Shown in pieces: positions 1 through 10,562 of a stretch of DNA of 64,000 nt. The DNA comes from Candidatus Multivoradales bacterium (GTDB taxonomy: Bacteria > Acidobacteriota > Thermoanaerobaculia > Multivoradales > Multivoraceae): the NCBI GenBank assembly GCA_965223325.1, contig CBDCWI010000002.1, forward strand, positions 2,080,001 to 2,144,000, read 5' to 3'. The notes beneath the pieces were generated by a model that saw only the letters and a list, made by a program, of their open reading frames with translations, was not told the origin of the DNA and did no database searches. Positions within the stretch are counted from its first letter, which is position 1, and every line of letters starts with the position of its first letter. Position numbers and translations under genes: made by a program.

Positions 1-588
1 TGGTCCGCTGAGCTCGAGACCGAAGGGACCGACAACAGTGTTCTCCCCTCGTACCCACATCTGCGTGCCTGCGGGCAGCGACACGTCTTCGAGCAACAGA
101 CGGAGGCGATAGGCGTCAGAAACTTCGACGCGAGTCGCCAGCACCCTCGCACCTCCCAGGCTCCTGACCTCGAACGATGCGGCTGCATTCGCACGACCGG
201 CGCTACCGTTGCGCCAGGCAACTTCGCGCGCGAGCACCCGCACGAGGCCGTTGCGAGTGGGCAGGCGACCGGAACGATTCCAGGTTCGCAGTTGGGAGAG
301 CTCATCGACCGCGCCCGCGGCGGCGGAGGTCAAGCGGTCGGCGGCTTCGAGGCGCTCGGCGAGGAGCACCCTTGGCGGCACTTGAATCGCGGCAACCTGG
401 CTGGTCGCGCCCATGGCATGGCCAGGGACACGACGCACGTGGCGGGTCTCACGGTTCTCTTGGTTCGACTGCGCCCGGAGCTCGTGGGAGGTAGCGAAGA
501 AGAAGACGGCCAGAGCAGTCGCCGCCGCTGCGGGAAACGCGATCAAACGGCGGCCGCACAGCTCCAGTTCTTTGACTCTCTCTTTCAC
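1..588 (-). CDS. Secreted protein, 3' end outside window; resembles the N-terminal pro-region of a trypsin/lysyl-endopeptidase-like serine protease
   Basis: Not in the ORF track; read manually. GTG at 588 follows GGGAGG and the frame is open to the window edge: MKERVKELELCGRRLIAFPAAAATALAVFFFATSHELRAQ (signal-like)...AYRLRLLLEDVSLPAGTQMWVRGENTVVGPFG. The catalytic region is not visible. Confidence 0.6.
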   Translation of the reverse strand, partial: MKERVKELELCGRRLIAFPAAAATALAVFFFATSHELRAQSNQENRETRHVRRVPGHAMGATSQVAAIQVPPRVLLAERLEAADRLTSAAAGAVDELSQLRTWNRSGRLPTRNGLVRVLAREVAWRNGSAGRANAAASFEVRSLGGARVLATRVEVSDAYRLRLLLEDVSLPAGTQMWVRGENTVVGPFGLELSGP

Positions 589-603
589 TCAAGGCCTCCC
601 ATT

Positions 604-659
604 ACAGGCTTCCATCACGGCGAGTTCCATCACAGGGCTTCCATCACTGGGCTTCCATC
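604..659. repeat. Four direct repeats of 13-15 bp with core TTCCATC (GATGGAA on the minus strand)
   Basis: acaggcttccatc / acggcgagttccatc / acagggcttccatc / actgggcttccatc, directly upstream of the SD of the minus-strand gene. Confidence 0.85.
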
Positions 660-799
660 GACCGAACGGCCGGGGGCGCGCGTTTGCTCCCGGCGGCCAA
701 GCATAGTCGCCCCAAGGGTCGGTCACGTCACACGACCGACACAAACTGCCGTCGTTTGGCCCGCGCTTTTCCTCAGGAGCGCCCTTCTGGCTTGTTCTC

Positions 800-2293
800 A
801 TGACCTTTCCAGCCGCCGAGCATCTCGGCCCGGTGCGCTTCACTCCAAAGGTCCCGAACATGCAAGACGCACAGCCGCCAGAGCCACCCCCTACTCGCGA
901 GAGCCATCCCAGGATTCCGGAACGCGCCTGGAAGGCCAGTCACTCGAGCGCCCTCAAGGTGGTGGTGCTCGGCGCGACTGCCGTCGTGCTCGCCCTTCCC
1001 CTCGCCATGGTCTCCTCCCTGGTCGCCGAGCGCGAGGGTCGACGCTCGAGCGTCGAACATGAGATCTCGACCGGCTGGGGCTCCGCCCAGCGCCTGACCG
1101 GCCCTACCCTTCAGGCGGTCTACGTTTGCGCAGAAGAGAAGTGCAAAGTGGCGCGCCGGCAGGTGGAGCTGCTGCCCGAGCGCGCTGTGTGGCAGGGAGT
1201 GCTCGAGCCCGAGCTGCGCAGCCGCGGCCTGTTCGAGACGGTCGTCTGGCAGGCTGACCTCGGCCTCGAAGCCGAGCTCGCCCTCCCCGCCCCGTTCTTG
1301 GTCCGTGGATCGGACAACTATCGGCTGGCTCGAGTCGACGTACTCATCGGAGTCTCCGACCTGATCGGCGTTCAGGACGGAACCAACCTGGCGGCGAGCC
1401 GGGGCGACGACGCGCCCATCGAACTGGCACTCGAACCGTCGGGCGGGCGCCCCTTCGACGGTACGTCTCTACGCGCCAGGCTACCCGCGGCTCTGTGGGC
1501 CTCGAGACCAGAGAACGACGCGGTCGTTGCCGCCAGCGAAAACCCGCTTAGTCTCCATTTGCAGCTCGAGTTGCGCGGCACCCGCTCGTTGCGCCTCGCG
1601 CCGGTCGCGCTCGAGACCCGCATCGACCTCGCATCGAGCTGGCCCTCGCCATCGTTCCAGGGAGCGTAGTTGCCAACCGAGCGCGAAGTCACCACCGAGG
1701 GCTTCACCGCCCAATGGCGCCTGGCGGGCTTCGCTCAGAACCTGCCCCGTCGACTCGAGAACGACAATGTGAACCTGGGGCATCACTTGCCCGCCCTCGG
1801 AGTCGATCTCGTCGAACCGGTCGACGGTTACCGTCTAACCCGACGCGCGACCCACTACGGAATGCTCTTCGTCTTGCTGACCTTCGGTGTCTTCTTCTTG
1901 CTCGAGATCCTGAGCCCTGTCCGCCTACACCCGATTCAATACCTCTTGATCGGCTGCGCTCTGTCGCTCTTCTACCTCTTGCTGCTCGCACTCTCCGAGC
2001 ACCTGGGCTTCACGGCCGCCTACGCGGTTGCAACGTTCGCCATCGTTGGACTGATCTCGTTCTATTCGCGCGCGGTCCTGGCCAGTCGAGCGCTAGCGAC
2101 GGCAGTCTTCTTCTGGCTCAGCGTTCTGTTCGGCTACCTCTATGTGCTGCTCGAACTCGAAGATGCCGCTCTCTTGATGGGCTCTTTGGGACTGTTCGTC
2201 GTGCTCGCAGCGGTGATGTTGATCACGCGCAAACTCGACTGGTACAGCCTGACCTGGAGCGGCGGTCAAGGCGAGACACGCCCGAGTACCTGA
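800..2293 (+). pseudogene. creD: Inner membrane protein CreD interrupted by an in-frame TAG at 1667-1669
   Basis: ORFs 800-1669 and 1670-2293 share one frame. CreD motifs: LVAEREGR, WPSPSFQGA*LP, VDGYRLTRRATHYGMLF, HPIQYLLIGCAL, LLALSEH, MLITRKLDWY. Confidence 0.85.
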
Positions 2294-2430
2294 CCGACCC
2301 ACAACGAAGTTCGCCTCACTCACGCAAGGTGCGGAGTGAGGCGAAAGTCGCGACCCGTTCCCTTGGGCATGGGCGGAGGTCTTTGGGCAAACAAACTGAG
2401 GAGACGGGCCGAGCCTCCCTGGCGGCCGCT

Positions 2431-3168
2431 CTACATGGCGCCGCTACTCATCGTAGGTTCCTCGGTCCGTCCCGAACGCCGGTAGGTGCCAGGGGTGACC
2501 CCCACCAGCGACTTGAAGGTCCGGTTGAACTGACTGTGACTCTTGAAACCAACCGAGCGCGCGATGGTGCCGATGGGTTGGGCGCTCTCTTCGAGCAGCC
2601 GCTTGGCACGATCGATGCGCGTTTCGAGAACGAAGCGGTAGGGCGACGTACCCGTTTCTTCCTTGAAGCGACGGCTGAAATGAAACTTGCTCATTCCCGC
2701 GCGATCGGCCATGTCGTCGAGCGTGACGTCGCTCGAGTAGTTGCGACGCACGTAGCGGCGAACCCGCTCGAGCACGTCGTCTGGATCTCCCGCGTCGTCA
2801 CCGTTGATCGGGCGCTGACTGGCGACACCCGAAAGGGCTGCATCGATCGCGGCCTCTATGTCGGCGGTTTCGTAGGTCGATGCGATGGCAATACCGCGCG
2901 GCGCTGGCTGACCTCTGAGAGGCTCGGCCAGAGATTCATGCGGAGCCTTACAGAGCACGGCGGGGACACCCCGCTCGCGCAAGAAGCGGTTTCCAAGTTC
3001 GAATCCAGCCCGGCCGGCAGAACCAACAACCACCAGGTCTGGAACCCAGTCACCGGTTCCTTCGCCCTCGACGGGCCGAGGAGAAAGTCTGATGTCGTGC
3101 CCCAGGCGTTCGAGAGTCGCAACGACCGGGGGTGCGGCCGAAGCGCTCGCTAGCAGCAATATCCTCAT
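2431..3168 (-). CDS. AraC family transcriptional regulator
   Basis: C-terminal AraC HTH: MADRAGMSKFHFSRRFKEETGTSP...VGFKSHSQFNRTFKSLVGVTP. Confidence 0.9.
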   Translation of the reverse strand: MRILLLASASAAPPVVATLERLGHDIRLSPRPVEGEGTGDWVPDLVVVGSAGRAGFELGNRFLRERGVPAVLCKAPHESLAEPLRGQPAPRGIAIASTYETADIEAAIDAALSGVASQRPINGDDAGDPDDVLERVRRYVRRNYSSDVTLDDMADRAGMSKFHFSRRFKEETGTSPYRFVLETRIDRAKRLLEESAQPIGTIARSVGFKSHSQFNRTFKSLVGVTPGTYRRSGRTEEPTMSSGAM

Positions 3169-3298
3169 GCAACCAGAGACCAGAGCGCTAGCCGAAAGTC
3201 ACATCCCGGCGCTCTCTGAGCGGCCGAAAAGTGGCGCTGGGCCCCTAAGTTCCGGCAATCAAACGGGTTCCGCCGGAAGGCAGCTCGCCGTTCCTTCT

Positions 3299-5572
3299 TC
3301 AGGCCAGGCCCTCTCGAGACAGGGGAAGATCGCGATAGCGCTTGCCGGTGGCGCGATAGAGCGCGTTGAGGAGCGCCGGCGCCACACAGGGCACACCCGG
3401 CTCGCCCACCCCTGACGGTGGGTGATCACTGTCGACAAGTTCGATGTTGACCTTCGGCATCTGGTCGATGCGCAGGACTGGGTAGTTGTGGAAGTTCGAC
3501 TGCACGACCGCCCCATCGCGAGCTGTGATCTCGCCGTAGAGCGCCATCGACAGACCGAAGGCGACGCTACCTTCGATTTGTGCCCGCACAGTGTCTGGGT
3601 TGACCACCGTGCCACAGTCGCAGACCACATCGACCTCGTGAACCTGCACCTTGCCGGCCTCGTCGAGCGACGCTTTCATCGCCATCGCGAAGTAGGCCAG
3701 GAAGCTGAAGTGTGATGCGAACCCCTGGCCGACTCCGTCGGGTAGGTCCTGCCCCCACTTCGACAAGTCACGGGAACGTTCGATGACCGTCGACAACCTC
3801 CCGGTCTGTAACCCGTAGGGCTTGTCGCGGCCACTGAAGTCGAGCTTGCGCGGCTCGCCGAGCGCCTCGAGGCGCCACTCGATCGGGTCTTTGCCGGCCG
3901 CCTCAGCGACCTCGTCGACGAAGCAATTCACGCCCACCGCGTGGTAGGTGTTGCACACCGAACGGAGCCAGCCGATCCGGAGATCAGACGCCAGGCCCGA
4001 GGACTGGAGCTTTACGTTGGGAATGCGATACGGCATGTTGGTCATTCCCATGCCAAGCTCGAAATCGGAGGGCTCAGACGCGCCCGCCATGAAGGTCGAG
4101 ATGATGGTTGGAAATGCACTGTGGTGATACCAGCCGGTCACCTTGCCCTCGGCGTCGAGGGTCGCTTCCAGGTGCTGCGCGCTCTGCGCCCGATAGAAAC
4201 CGTGGCGCACTTCGTCTTCGCGGGTCCAGGTGGACTTGATCGGCACACCCGGCATGGTACGAGCGAGCATTGCCGCCTCGAGGATGAAGTCGGGCATGGA
4301 CTTGCGGCCGAAGCCGCCGCCGAGCATGGTGACGTTGACGGTGACATTGGCCTCTTCGACCTCGGCCACCGCCGCCAGGCGCTGGCGCACGGTCTGCGGA
4401 TCCTGGCAAGGCGCCCAGACCTCGAGCCGGCCGTCCTCGTACAGAGCCGTGGCCGCCAGTGGCTCCATCGGAGCGTGGACGAGATAGGGGGCGCGATAGT
4501 GAGCCGCGAGCGTCTTGGCGGCCGAAGACTGCGCCGCTCCCCAGTCGCCTTCTTCGCGAAACGTCTTGCCGTCGCCCATCACCAGCGCGTCGAGCTTCTC
4601 CTGATAGGCGCCGCTCTCTTCCGTCGCGCCACCACGATCCCACTCGATCTCGAGCGCCTCACGCGCTTTCTTGGCGGTGAAGGTCGAATCGGCAATGACC
4701 GCGACCGCCGCGTTGGTGTTGAACGGCTGGGGGCGTGCGTCGAGTTTGACGATTTTCGAAACCCCCGGAATCGCCTCCGCGGCGGCCGAGTCGAGCGCAG
4801 CAATCTTGCCTTTGGTCGTCGGGCAGCGCTCGATCGAGGCGTGCAACATGCCGGGAAGGGCAGTGTCGATGCCGTACTTCGTTTGACCAGTGGTCATCTG
4901 GGCGACGTCGACGGCTACCGTGGGTTTGCCAATCAGTTTCCACTCGGAGGGTGACTTGAGCTTGGGGTTCTCGGGCACCGGGAGATCGGCCGCTGCCGCG
5001 GCCACCTCACCGTAGGACACCGAGCGACCCGAGCCCTTGTGATGAACGCGACCGGCCTCTGCATGGCACTCGGCGACCGGAACCGCGAGCTTGGCTGCGC
5101 CGGCGGCCACCAACATCTCGCGCGCTGCAGCGCCCGCCTTGCGCAGCGGCTCCCAGTTGTTGCGAACCGAGGTTGAGCCGTCGGTGTTCTGGTCGCCGTA
5201 CTTCTTGTCGCCGACAGCCTGTTCGAGCGACACCGCGTCGAGGTCGACCTCGAGCTCCTCGGCGAGCAGCATCGACATCGAGGTGCGCACACCTTGCCCC
5301 ATCTCCGAGCGATGGACAACCAGTCGAACGACCCCGTCTTCCCCCACCTGCACGTAGACGTTGGGAGCGAAAGCGGCGGGCACCGCGTCGCCAGTGGTCT
5401 TGGCAAGAGCGGTGCTCGGGCGCATGGCCAGGGCTTCGGGCCGCACACCGAGCGCCAGGCCGACCGCGCCGGCAGCACCGGCAGCACCGGCAGCACCGGC
5501 AGCCTTGATGACACTCCTGCGAGAAAGACTGAGGCGAGACTCACTGTTCTGGGCGGGATTGCTGGTGCTCAT
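3299..5572 (-). CDS. Xanthine dehydrogenase family molybdopterin-binding subunit (isoquinoline 1-oxidoreductase beta-like), Tat signal
   Basis: SRRSVIK Tat motif; [33 protein letters not shown]. Confidence 0.92.
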   Translation of the reverse strand: MSTSNPAQNSESRLSLSRRSVIKAAGAAGAAGAAGAVGLALGVRPEALAMRPSTALAKTTGDAVPAAFAPNVYVQVGEDGVVRLVVHRSEMGQGVRTSMSMLLAEELEVDLDAVSLEQAVGDKKYGDQNTDGSTSVRNNWEPLRKAGAAAREMLVAAGAAKLAVPVAECHAEAGRVHHKGSGRSVSYGEVAAAAADLPVPENPKLKSPSEWKLIGKPTVAVDVAQMTTGQTKYGIDTALPGMLHASIERCPTTKGKIAALDSAAAEAIPGVSKIVKLDARPQPFNTNAAVAVIADSTFTAKKAREALEIEWDRGGATEESGAYQEKLDALVMGDGKTFREEGDWGAAQSSAAKTLAAHYRAPYLVHAPMEPLAATALYEDGRLEVWAPCQDPQTVRQRLAAVAEVEEANVTVNVTMLGGGFGRKSMPDFILEAAMLARTMPGVPIKSTWTREDEVRHGFYRAQSAQHLEATLDAEGKVTGWYHHSAFPTIISTFMAGASEPSDFELGMGMTNMPYRIPNVKLQSSGLASDLRIGWLRSVCNTYHAVGVNCFVDEVAEAAGKDPIEWRLEALGEPRKLDFSGRDKPYGLQTGRLSTVIERSRDLSKWGQDLPDGVGQGFASHFSFLAYFAMAMKASLDEAGKVQVHEVDVVCDCGTVVNPDTVRAQIEGSVAFGLSMALYGEITARDGAVVQSNFHNYPVLRIDQMPKVNIELVDSDHPPSGVGEPGVPCVAPALLNALYRATGKRYRDLPLSREGLA

Positions 5573-6039
5573 GCCTTATCTCCCTTGATCGCCGCGGCCG
5601 CCTCATGGACGGCAGAGCGAATCCGGCCGTAGGTTCCACAGCGGCAGATGTTGACGCGCATCGCTTGGTCGATGTCAGCGTCGCTGGGGCTCGAGTTCTT
5701 CGCCAGGAGCGCCGTGGCACTCATGATCTGACCTGACTGACAGTAGCCGCACTGCGGCACGTTGATCTCCTGCCAGGCGACCTGCACCGGGTGGCTCCCG
5801 TCGTCGGAAATGCCTTCGATCGTCGTGACCTTCTTGCCGTCGACGCGCGAGATCGGTGTCACGCACGATCGCTTGGCCTCGCCATCGATATGGACCGTGC
5901 ATGCGCCGCAGCGATTCATGCCGCAGCCGAACTTGGTCCCGGTCAGGCCCAGCGTGTCGCGAAGAGCCCACAGGAGTGGAGTGTCAGGGTCGATGTCGAG
6001 CGACTTCTCGACTCCGTTGACGGTCAGAGTAATAGCCAT
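5569..6039 (-). CDS. (2Fe-2S)-binding subunit (isoquinoline 1-oxidoreductase alpha-like)
   Basis: [33 protein letters not shown]; start re-set to the ATG at 6039 after GGAG; overlaps the next gene by 4 bp. Confidence 0.92.
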   Translation of the reverse strand: MAITLTVNGVEKSLDIDPDTPLLWALRDTLGLTGTKFGCGMNRCGACTVHIDGEAKRSCVTPISRVDGKKVTTIEGISDDGSHPVQVAWQEINVPQCGYCQSGQIMSATALLAKNSSPSDADIDQAMRVNICRCGTYGRIRSAVHEAAAAIKGDKA

Positions 6040-6065
6040 GGCGCATCTCCTTGCAGCATCAACTT

Positions 6066-7391
6066 CTAGGGCCGGGGCGGAGTATCGGCACCATAGCACT
6101 CGGGTCGCTCTCCCCCCACCCGGCCGCGAGTGGCACAGAGCGGAACGACCAGCAGGAACAGGATGATGCGCTGGATCTCGGTGTCGCGCCAGTTGGCCTC
6201 GAAGACCCCGGCGACGTTGAGGGCAACGATTCCGAAAAGGGTGGCCATATAAAGGTCTCCGCGAGGGCCGTGGACTCCACCGTCACGCCGCAAGCCTCGC
6301 CACGCCAGGCGCAGCCCCGCCAGCATCAAGCAGAGATAGGCCGCCACCGACACCAGGCCGCGCTCGGCCGCCATGTGCACGATGGTGTTGTGCAAGTGAA
6401 CGACGTGCCAGCGCGGAGCGCCCGGCTCGCGATAGATCGGATAGCGCACCTTGACCACCCCGGGGCCAACGCCGAACAAGGGCCGCTCCGCCACCATCAA
6501 GGCCCCCGCCCGCGCCATACAGAGACGGTCGAAGTTGGAGGTGTTCTCGAGGTCGGTGATCGAGCGAAAGCGCTCCCAGTGTTGAGGTGCGAACTGGGCA
6601 ACCGCTCCGGCAATCAGAAGCGCCGACACCAGCCACACCGGCAGCCAGCGCGGCATCGCGACCATCACGCCGAGAGTGATCACCACCAGCGCGGCGATCC
6701 AGGCACTACGCGTCAAGGTCACCCCAAGAGCCATCAGCAGAAGACCCCCGACCAACCAGATCGCCCACCGAGGAACCGGCCCCACGCCAGCCCGACTGTC
6801 AGCCCGCCAGGATCGGTTGACAACCCTCGCCAGCCAGATGCACAGCCCCAGCAGCAAGACACCGCTGAAGGTCATGTAGTGCGAGAAGGGGCCCGGCGGG
6901 CGACGATGCAGGTCTTCGTAACCGAGCCAGTACGTCTGCGCCAGGCCATAGGCCGCGAGGGCGCCCACGAGCAGCAATAGGAGAGTCAGAACCAGACGAG
7001 TCTGCTCTTCACCGCGCACCAGGAAAAGCGCCAGGGGAATCGTCGCTAGCGCGAGAATGTCGCGCCCATGCACGAAGCTGAGCGCTGGCTCGTGAGAGAA
7101 CAGCGCCGCCACCAGGAACGCGATGGCGTAGACGGCCAGAGGCAAAAGGAGCCACGCCGTGCCGCCTGCGCCTCGCGTCACGATCGAGCGCGGCAGATTC
7201 CGCCGGCGTGCAACCACCCATATCGCCGCCAGGGCCATGAACGCGTTCGACAGCGCCAGCCCGAAAACCGTCAGCAGGTGGAGGGTGAACAACCACCACC
7301 CCGTCCCGCGCTCGGTTCGGGCACCTGCTTCGGCGTCGACCGACGACGTGCCCTCGAGCCCCTTGTCAGTTGATGGGTCGTATGGCGTCAT
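6066..7391 (-). CDS. O-antigen ligase family (Wzy_C/WaaL-like) membrane protein
   Basis: Multi-TM protein; [21 protein letters not shown] motif. Confidence 0.85.
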   Translation of the reverse strand: MTPYDPSTDKGLEGTSSVDAEAGARTERGTGWWLFTLHLLTVFGLALSNAFMALAAIWVVARRRNLPRSIVTRGAGGTAWLLLPLAVYAIAFLVAALFSHEPALSFVHGRDILALATIPLALFLVRGEEQTRLVLTLLLLLVGALAAYGLAQTYWLGYEDLHRRPPGPFSHYMTFSGVLLLGLCIWLARVVNRSWRADSRAGVGPVPRWAIWLVGGLLLMALGVTLTRSAWIAALVVITLGVMVAMPRWLPVWLVSALLIAGAVAQFAPQHWERFRSITDLENTSNFDRLCMARAGALMVAERPLFGVGPGVVKVRYPIYREPGAPRWHVVHLHNTIVHMAAERGLVSVAAYLCLMLAGLRLAWRGLRRDGGVHGPRGDLYMATLFGIVALNVAGVFEANWRDTEIQRIILFLLVVPLCATRGRVGGERPECYGADTPPRP

Positions 7392-7503
7392 GCGTCATCG
7401 AGGTGCGGCGGAGTTGAGGGCAGCATCGGCTTTAGCGAGTATCCTGCGCGCTGGACGTCGGTGGATTTCGCAGCACCAGCGAGCGACGGCCTGAACCTAA
7501 CCC

Positions 7504-9354
7504 ATGTGCGGCATCGCAGGCATCGTCAAAGGCCCGTTCGACAGCAAGTCGCGACTCGAGGTGGTCCGGCACATGGCCGAAGAGCTGCGCCACCGTGGCC
7601 CCGACTCGAGCGGTGACTATGCCGACGAGGTCGCAGCCCTCGCCCATCGACGCCTCGAGGTGATCGACCTCACGGCGGCAGCGGCCCAGCCGTTTCGACT
7701 CGGCTCGCTGTGGCTGGTCTACAACGGCGAGATCTACAACCATCGAGCGCTGCGACAGGAACTCGAAGCCGCGGGCGAAGGCCCCTTCCACTCGACCAGT
7801 GACACCGAAGTCGTTCTGCGGTTGTTTCGTCGTCATGCAGCGGCGGCGGTCGAGAAACTCATCGGGATGTTCGCCTTCGCGATCTGGGACAGTGAGGCAA
7901 AGACTCTCTTCGCCGCCCGCGATCGCCTGGGAATCAAACCCTTCGCCTACCGGCTGCTCCCCGGCGGGGGTCTGGCCTTCGCCTCGGAGGTGAACCCCCT
8001 CGCACACCCTGAGCTGGATGCACACGGTGGCTCGCCAGATCTCGACCGGGCCGCACTGGTCGACTTCTTCCGCTGGAAGTACGTGCCGTCACCCCACTCC
8101 ATCTGGCAGGGAGTGACGAAGTTGCCGCCAGCACACACTTTGACGCTCGCACCCGGCGACAGCTCGCCGACGCTTCGCCGCTACTGGCAACCGGTCTCGA
8201 CCGAGACGACGACCGACGCCGCCGTGGCCGACGCGCGCTTCGATGAGCTCTTCTCCACCGTCGTCTCTGAGCACACCATGTCAGACGTGCCGCTGGGGGT
8301 CTTTCTGTCCGGCGGGCTCGACTCGAGTTCGATTGCCGCGAGCATGGCCGGTGAAAGCGGTGAGCGAGCGGCGATCGAAACCTTCACTCTCGGTTTCGAC
8401 GTAGGTTCGCACGACGAAGCCCAGACGGCACGCGAAACCGCTCGCTTTCTCGGCACCAAACACCACGAGGAACACGCCGACGGACCCGGCCTCGACGAAG
8501 CGCTGTCGCACTACACCGAGATCTTCGATGAACCATTCGGCGACCACGGCGCCTGGCCGATGGCACGCGTCGCGCGGCTCGCCCGGCGCAACGTCACGGT
8601 GGCGCTCTCCGGCGAAGGCGGTGACGAGCTCTTCGCCGGTTACCCCTGGTACACCAAGTTCCCGCGCTTCAAGAACAGCGCTGGAGCCTCGCTGCTCGCC
8701 CGCGGGCTGCCGGCGCAAAGCAAAGCGGCGCGCTCCGCCGCGCGACGATCTGCTCGCGAAGTCGAGCGCTACGCCTACTTCCTCGGGCCGTTTACACAAC
8801 GTCAGATCGATGGACTGCTGCATCCCGACCTGCTCGCACATGAGTGCCGCTTAGATCGCGACCCGTGGTGGCACGCGCGACGCTTCTGGCGCCACGACCT
8901 GAGCCCGATCAAGCGGCTGCAATGGGCCGACCTGCACACCTACCTTGTCGACGACATGCTCACCAAGGTGGATCGCGCCAGCATGTGGGTCTCACTCGAA
9001 GCGCGCCCACCGTTCGTCGATCACCGCCTCGTCGAGTTCGCTCTCGGCCTCCACCCAGAACTCATGCACGGAGGATCAGAGGGGAAACTCATCACCCGCC
9101 GCTGGCTGGCTGGCCGTGTACCCCAGGCGGTCCTCACGCAACGCAAGATCGGTTTCTCGATGCCCGTCATGCGCTGGGTGCGCCGGCGTCCCGAACTTCT
9201 GCGGCGGGCGCTGGATCGCCTGCACGACCGCGGCGTTCTGACCCAACCCGGCGGCTGGCTCCGCCACCAATTGCCGTTCACCAACGAACAGGCGTGGTGC
9301 CTTCTGGTTCTCGACCGCTTCTTCGCCGCACGGAACTCCCAAGCGTCACTCTGA
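7504..9354 (+). CDS. asnB: Asparagine synthase (glutamine-hydrolysing) family amidotransferase
   Basis: MCGIAG, HRGPD, NGEIYNH, RDRLGIKP, LSGGLDSS, SGEGGDELFAGY, KVDRASM. Confidence 0.92.
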   Translation: MCGIAGIVKGPFDSKSRLEVVRHMAEELRHRGPDSSGDYADEVAALAHRRLEVIDLTAAAAQPFRLGSLWLVYNGEIYNHRALRQELEAAGEGPFHSTSDTEVVLRLFRRHAAAAVEKLIGMFAFAIWDSEAKTLFAARDRLGIKPFAYRLLPGGGLAFASEVNPLAHPELDAHGGSPDLDRAALVDFFRWKYVPSPHSIWQGVTKLPPAHTLTLAPGDSSPTLRRYWQPVSTETTTDAAVADARFDELFSTVVSEHTMSDVPLGVFLSGGLDSSSIAASMAGESGERAAIETFTLGFDVGSHDEAQTARETARFLGTKHHEEHADGPGLDEALSHYTEIFDEPFGDHGAWPMARVARLARRNVTVALSGEGGDELFAGYPWYTKFPRFKNSAGASLLARGLPAQSKAARSAARRSAREVERYAYFLGPFTQRQIDGLLHPDLLAHECRLDRDPWWHARRFWRHDLSPIKRLQWADLHTYLVDDMLTKVDRASMWVSLEARPPFVDHRLVEFALGLHPELMHGGSEGKLITRRWLAGRVPQAVLTQRKIGFSMPVMRWVRRRPELLRRALDRLHDRGVLTQPGGWLRHQLPFTNEQAWCLLVLDRFFAARNSQASL

Positions 9355-9663
9355 AGGTTCCTCTCGCTCCACCGACTGGAGCGGTACGTCCTCGCCGGCG
9401 AACCAGGCCAAGCCGATGTGGTCGCCGACCTCGAGCACCGAGTCGAGTCCGCTGACCACCAACCAACACTCCTCCTCGGCCTCGACATCCAGAAGGCGAA
9501 GGCGGGCGCCCAACGAAGGCGCCACGTCGAGCACCCGGTAGTGGCGGAAGGTCGGGAGCGTCGTGCCCCCCTCCCCGGAAGATGCCCCGGAAAGGTGCTG
9601 GCCAGCTTGCGGCCCCTTTGCGTCGTCGTTCTCATCTCCCATCAACCTCGTTCTCATTCTCAT
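9346..9663 (-). CDS. Small hypothetical protein (~105 aa)
   Basis: Strong GGAGGAG SD before the ATG at 9663; C-terminal half looks globular (YRVLDVAPSLGARLRLLDVEAEEECWLVV). Confidence 0.5.
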   Translation of the reverse strand: MRMRTRLMGDENDDAKGPQAGQHLSGASSGEGGTTLPTFRHYRVLDVAPSLGARLRLLDVEAEEECWLVVSGLDSVLEVGDHIGLAWFAGEDVPLQSVEREEPSE

Positions 9664-9857
9664 CTTCGTCTCCTCCCTCAGGTAGTGCAGCTTGCGCCGC
9701 TGTCCTTCTCCGTTGCCACTCTTGTTCAGGGCCCCCTGGCCCGTCGGTGGGCTCTCGTCTACGAGGACGCAAAGCCGCGGCGAAAGCTGACAAGAAGCTC
9801 GACGATTCGACGCGGTAGGGTGCGCCACACATCTGAGTTCACGGAGGGAAGTAGGCA

Positions 9858-10562
9858 ATGATCGACCTCTACTACTGGCCGACGCCCAACGGCTGGAAAG
9901 CCTCGATCGCGCTCGAGGAGATGGAACTGCCCTATGAGGTGCAGTGGGTCAACATCGGCCGCGGTGCGCAGTTCGAACCCGCCTTTCTCGACATCTCGCC
10001 CAACAACCGCATGCCAGCGATCGTCGACCGTGACCCGGCGGGCGGCGGCGAACCCATCTCGGTGTTCGAGTCGGGGGCGATTCTCTGGTACCTGGCCGAG
10101 AAGACCGGGAAGTTCCTGCCTGAAGACCTGCGCGGGCGCACGGCGGTCTCGGAGTGGTTGTTCTGGCAGGTCGGCGGGCTCGGCCCGATGCTCGGCCAAC
10201 ATGGCCATTTCGCGCTCTACGCCGAAGACAAGATCGACTACGCCATCGACCGCTACCGCGCGGAAGCACTGCGGCTGTATGGGGTTCTCGACCGCCAGCT
10301 GGCAAAGAACGAGCACATCGCCGGCCACGCCTATTCGATCGCCGATATGGCGTCCTGGCCCTGGGTGTTGACCTACAAGAGCCAGGGCATCGACCTCGAC
10401 CCGTTCGAGAACGTGCGCCGCTGGTACGACGCCCTCAAGGCTCGTCCAGGGTTGCGGCGCGGCTACGCCCTTGGGAAAGACAACCGTCCAAAGCGCGGCA
10501 GCAAGGGGCCTGACGAAGAGGCGCGCAAGCACCTCTTCGGCACCGCAGGCGAAGACACTTGA
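9858..10562 (+). CDS. Glutathione S-transferase, Nu class (YfcG/YghU-like)
   Basis: YWPTPNG, ISPNNRMPAIVD, FESGAIL, YSIADMA. Confidence 0.92.
   Translation: MIDLYYWPTPNGWKASIALEEMELPYEVQWVNIGRGAQFEPAFLDISPNNRMPAIVDRDPAGGGEPISVFESGAILWYLAEKTGKFLPEDLRGRTAVSEWLFWQVGGLGPMLGQHGHFALYAEDKIDYAIDRYRAEALRLYGVLDRQLAKNEHIAGHAYSIADMASWPWVLTYKSQGIDLDPFENVRRWYDALKARPGLRRGYALGKDNRPKRGSKGPDEEARKHLFGTAGEDT

Noticed and set aside
1667-1669. Genome-wide amber recoding or pyrrolysine
   Set aside because: Many intact genes here end normally at TAG, there is only one internal case, and CreD is not a known Pyl context.
5470-5505. ggcagcacc x3 microsatellite as a phase-variation switch
   Set aside because: It is a 9-bp in-frame unit encoding AGA repeats in the Tat signal, so copy change would not shift the frame.
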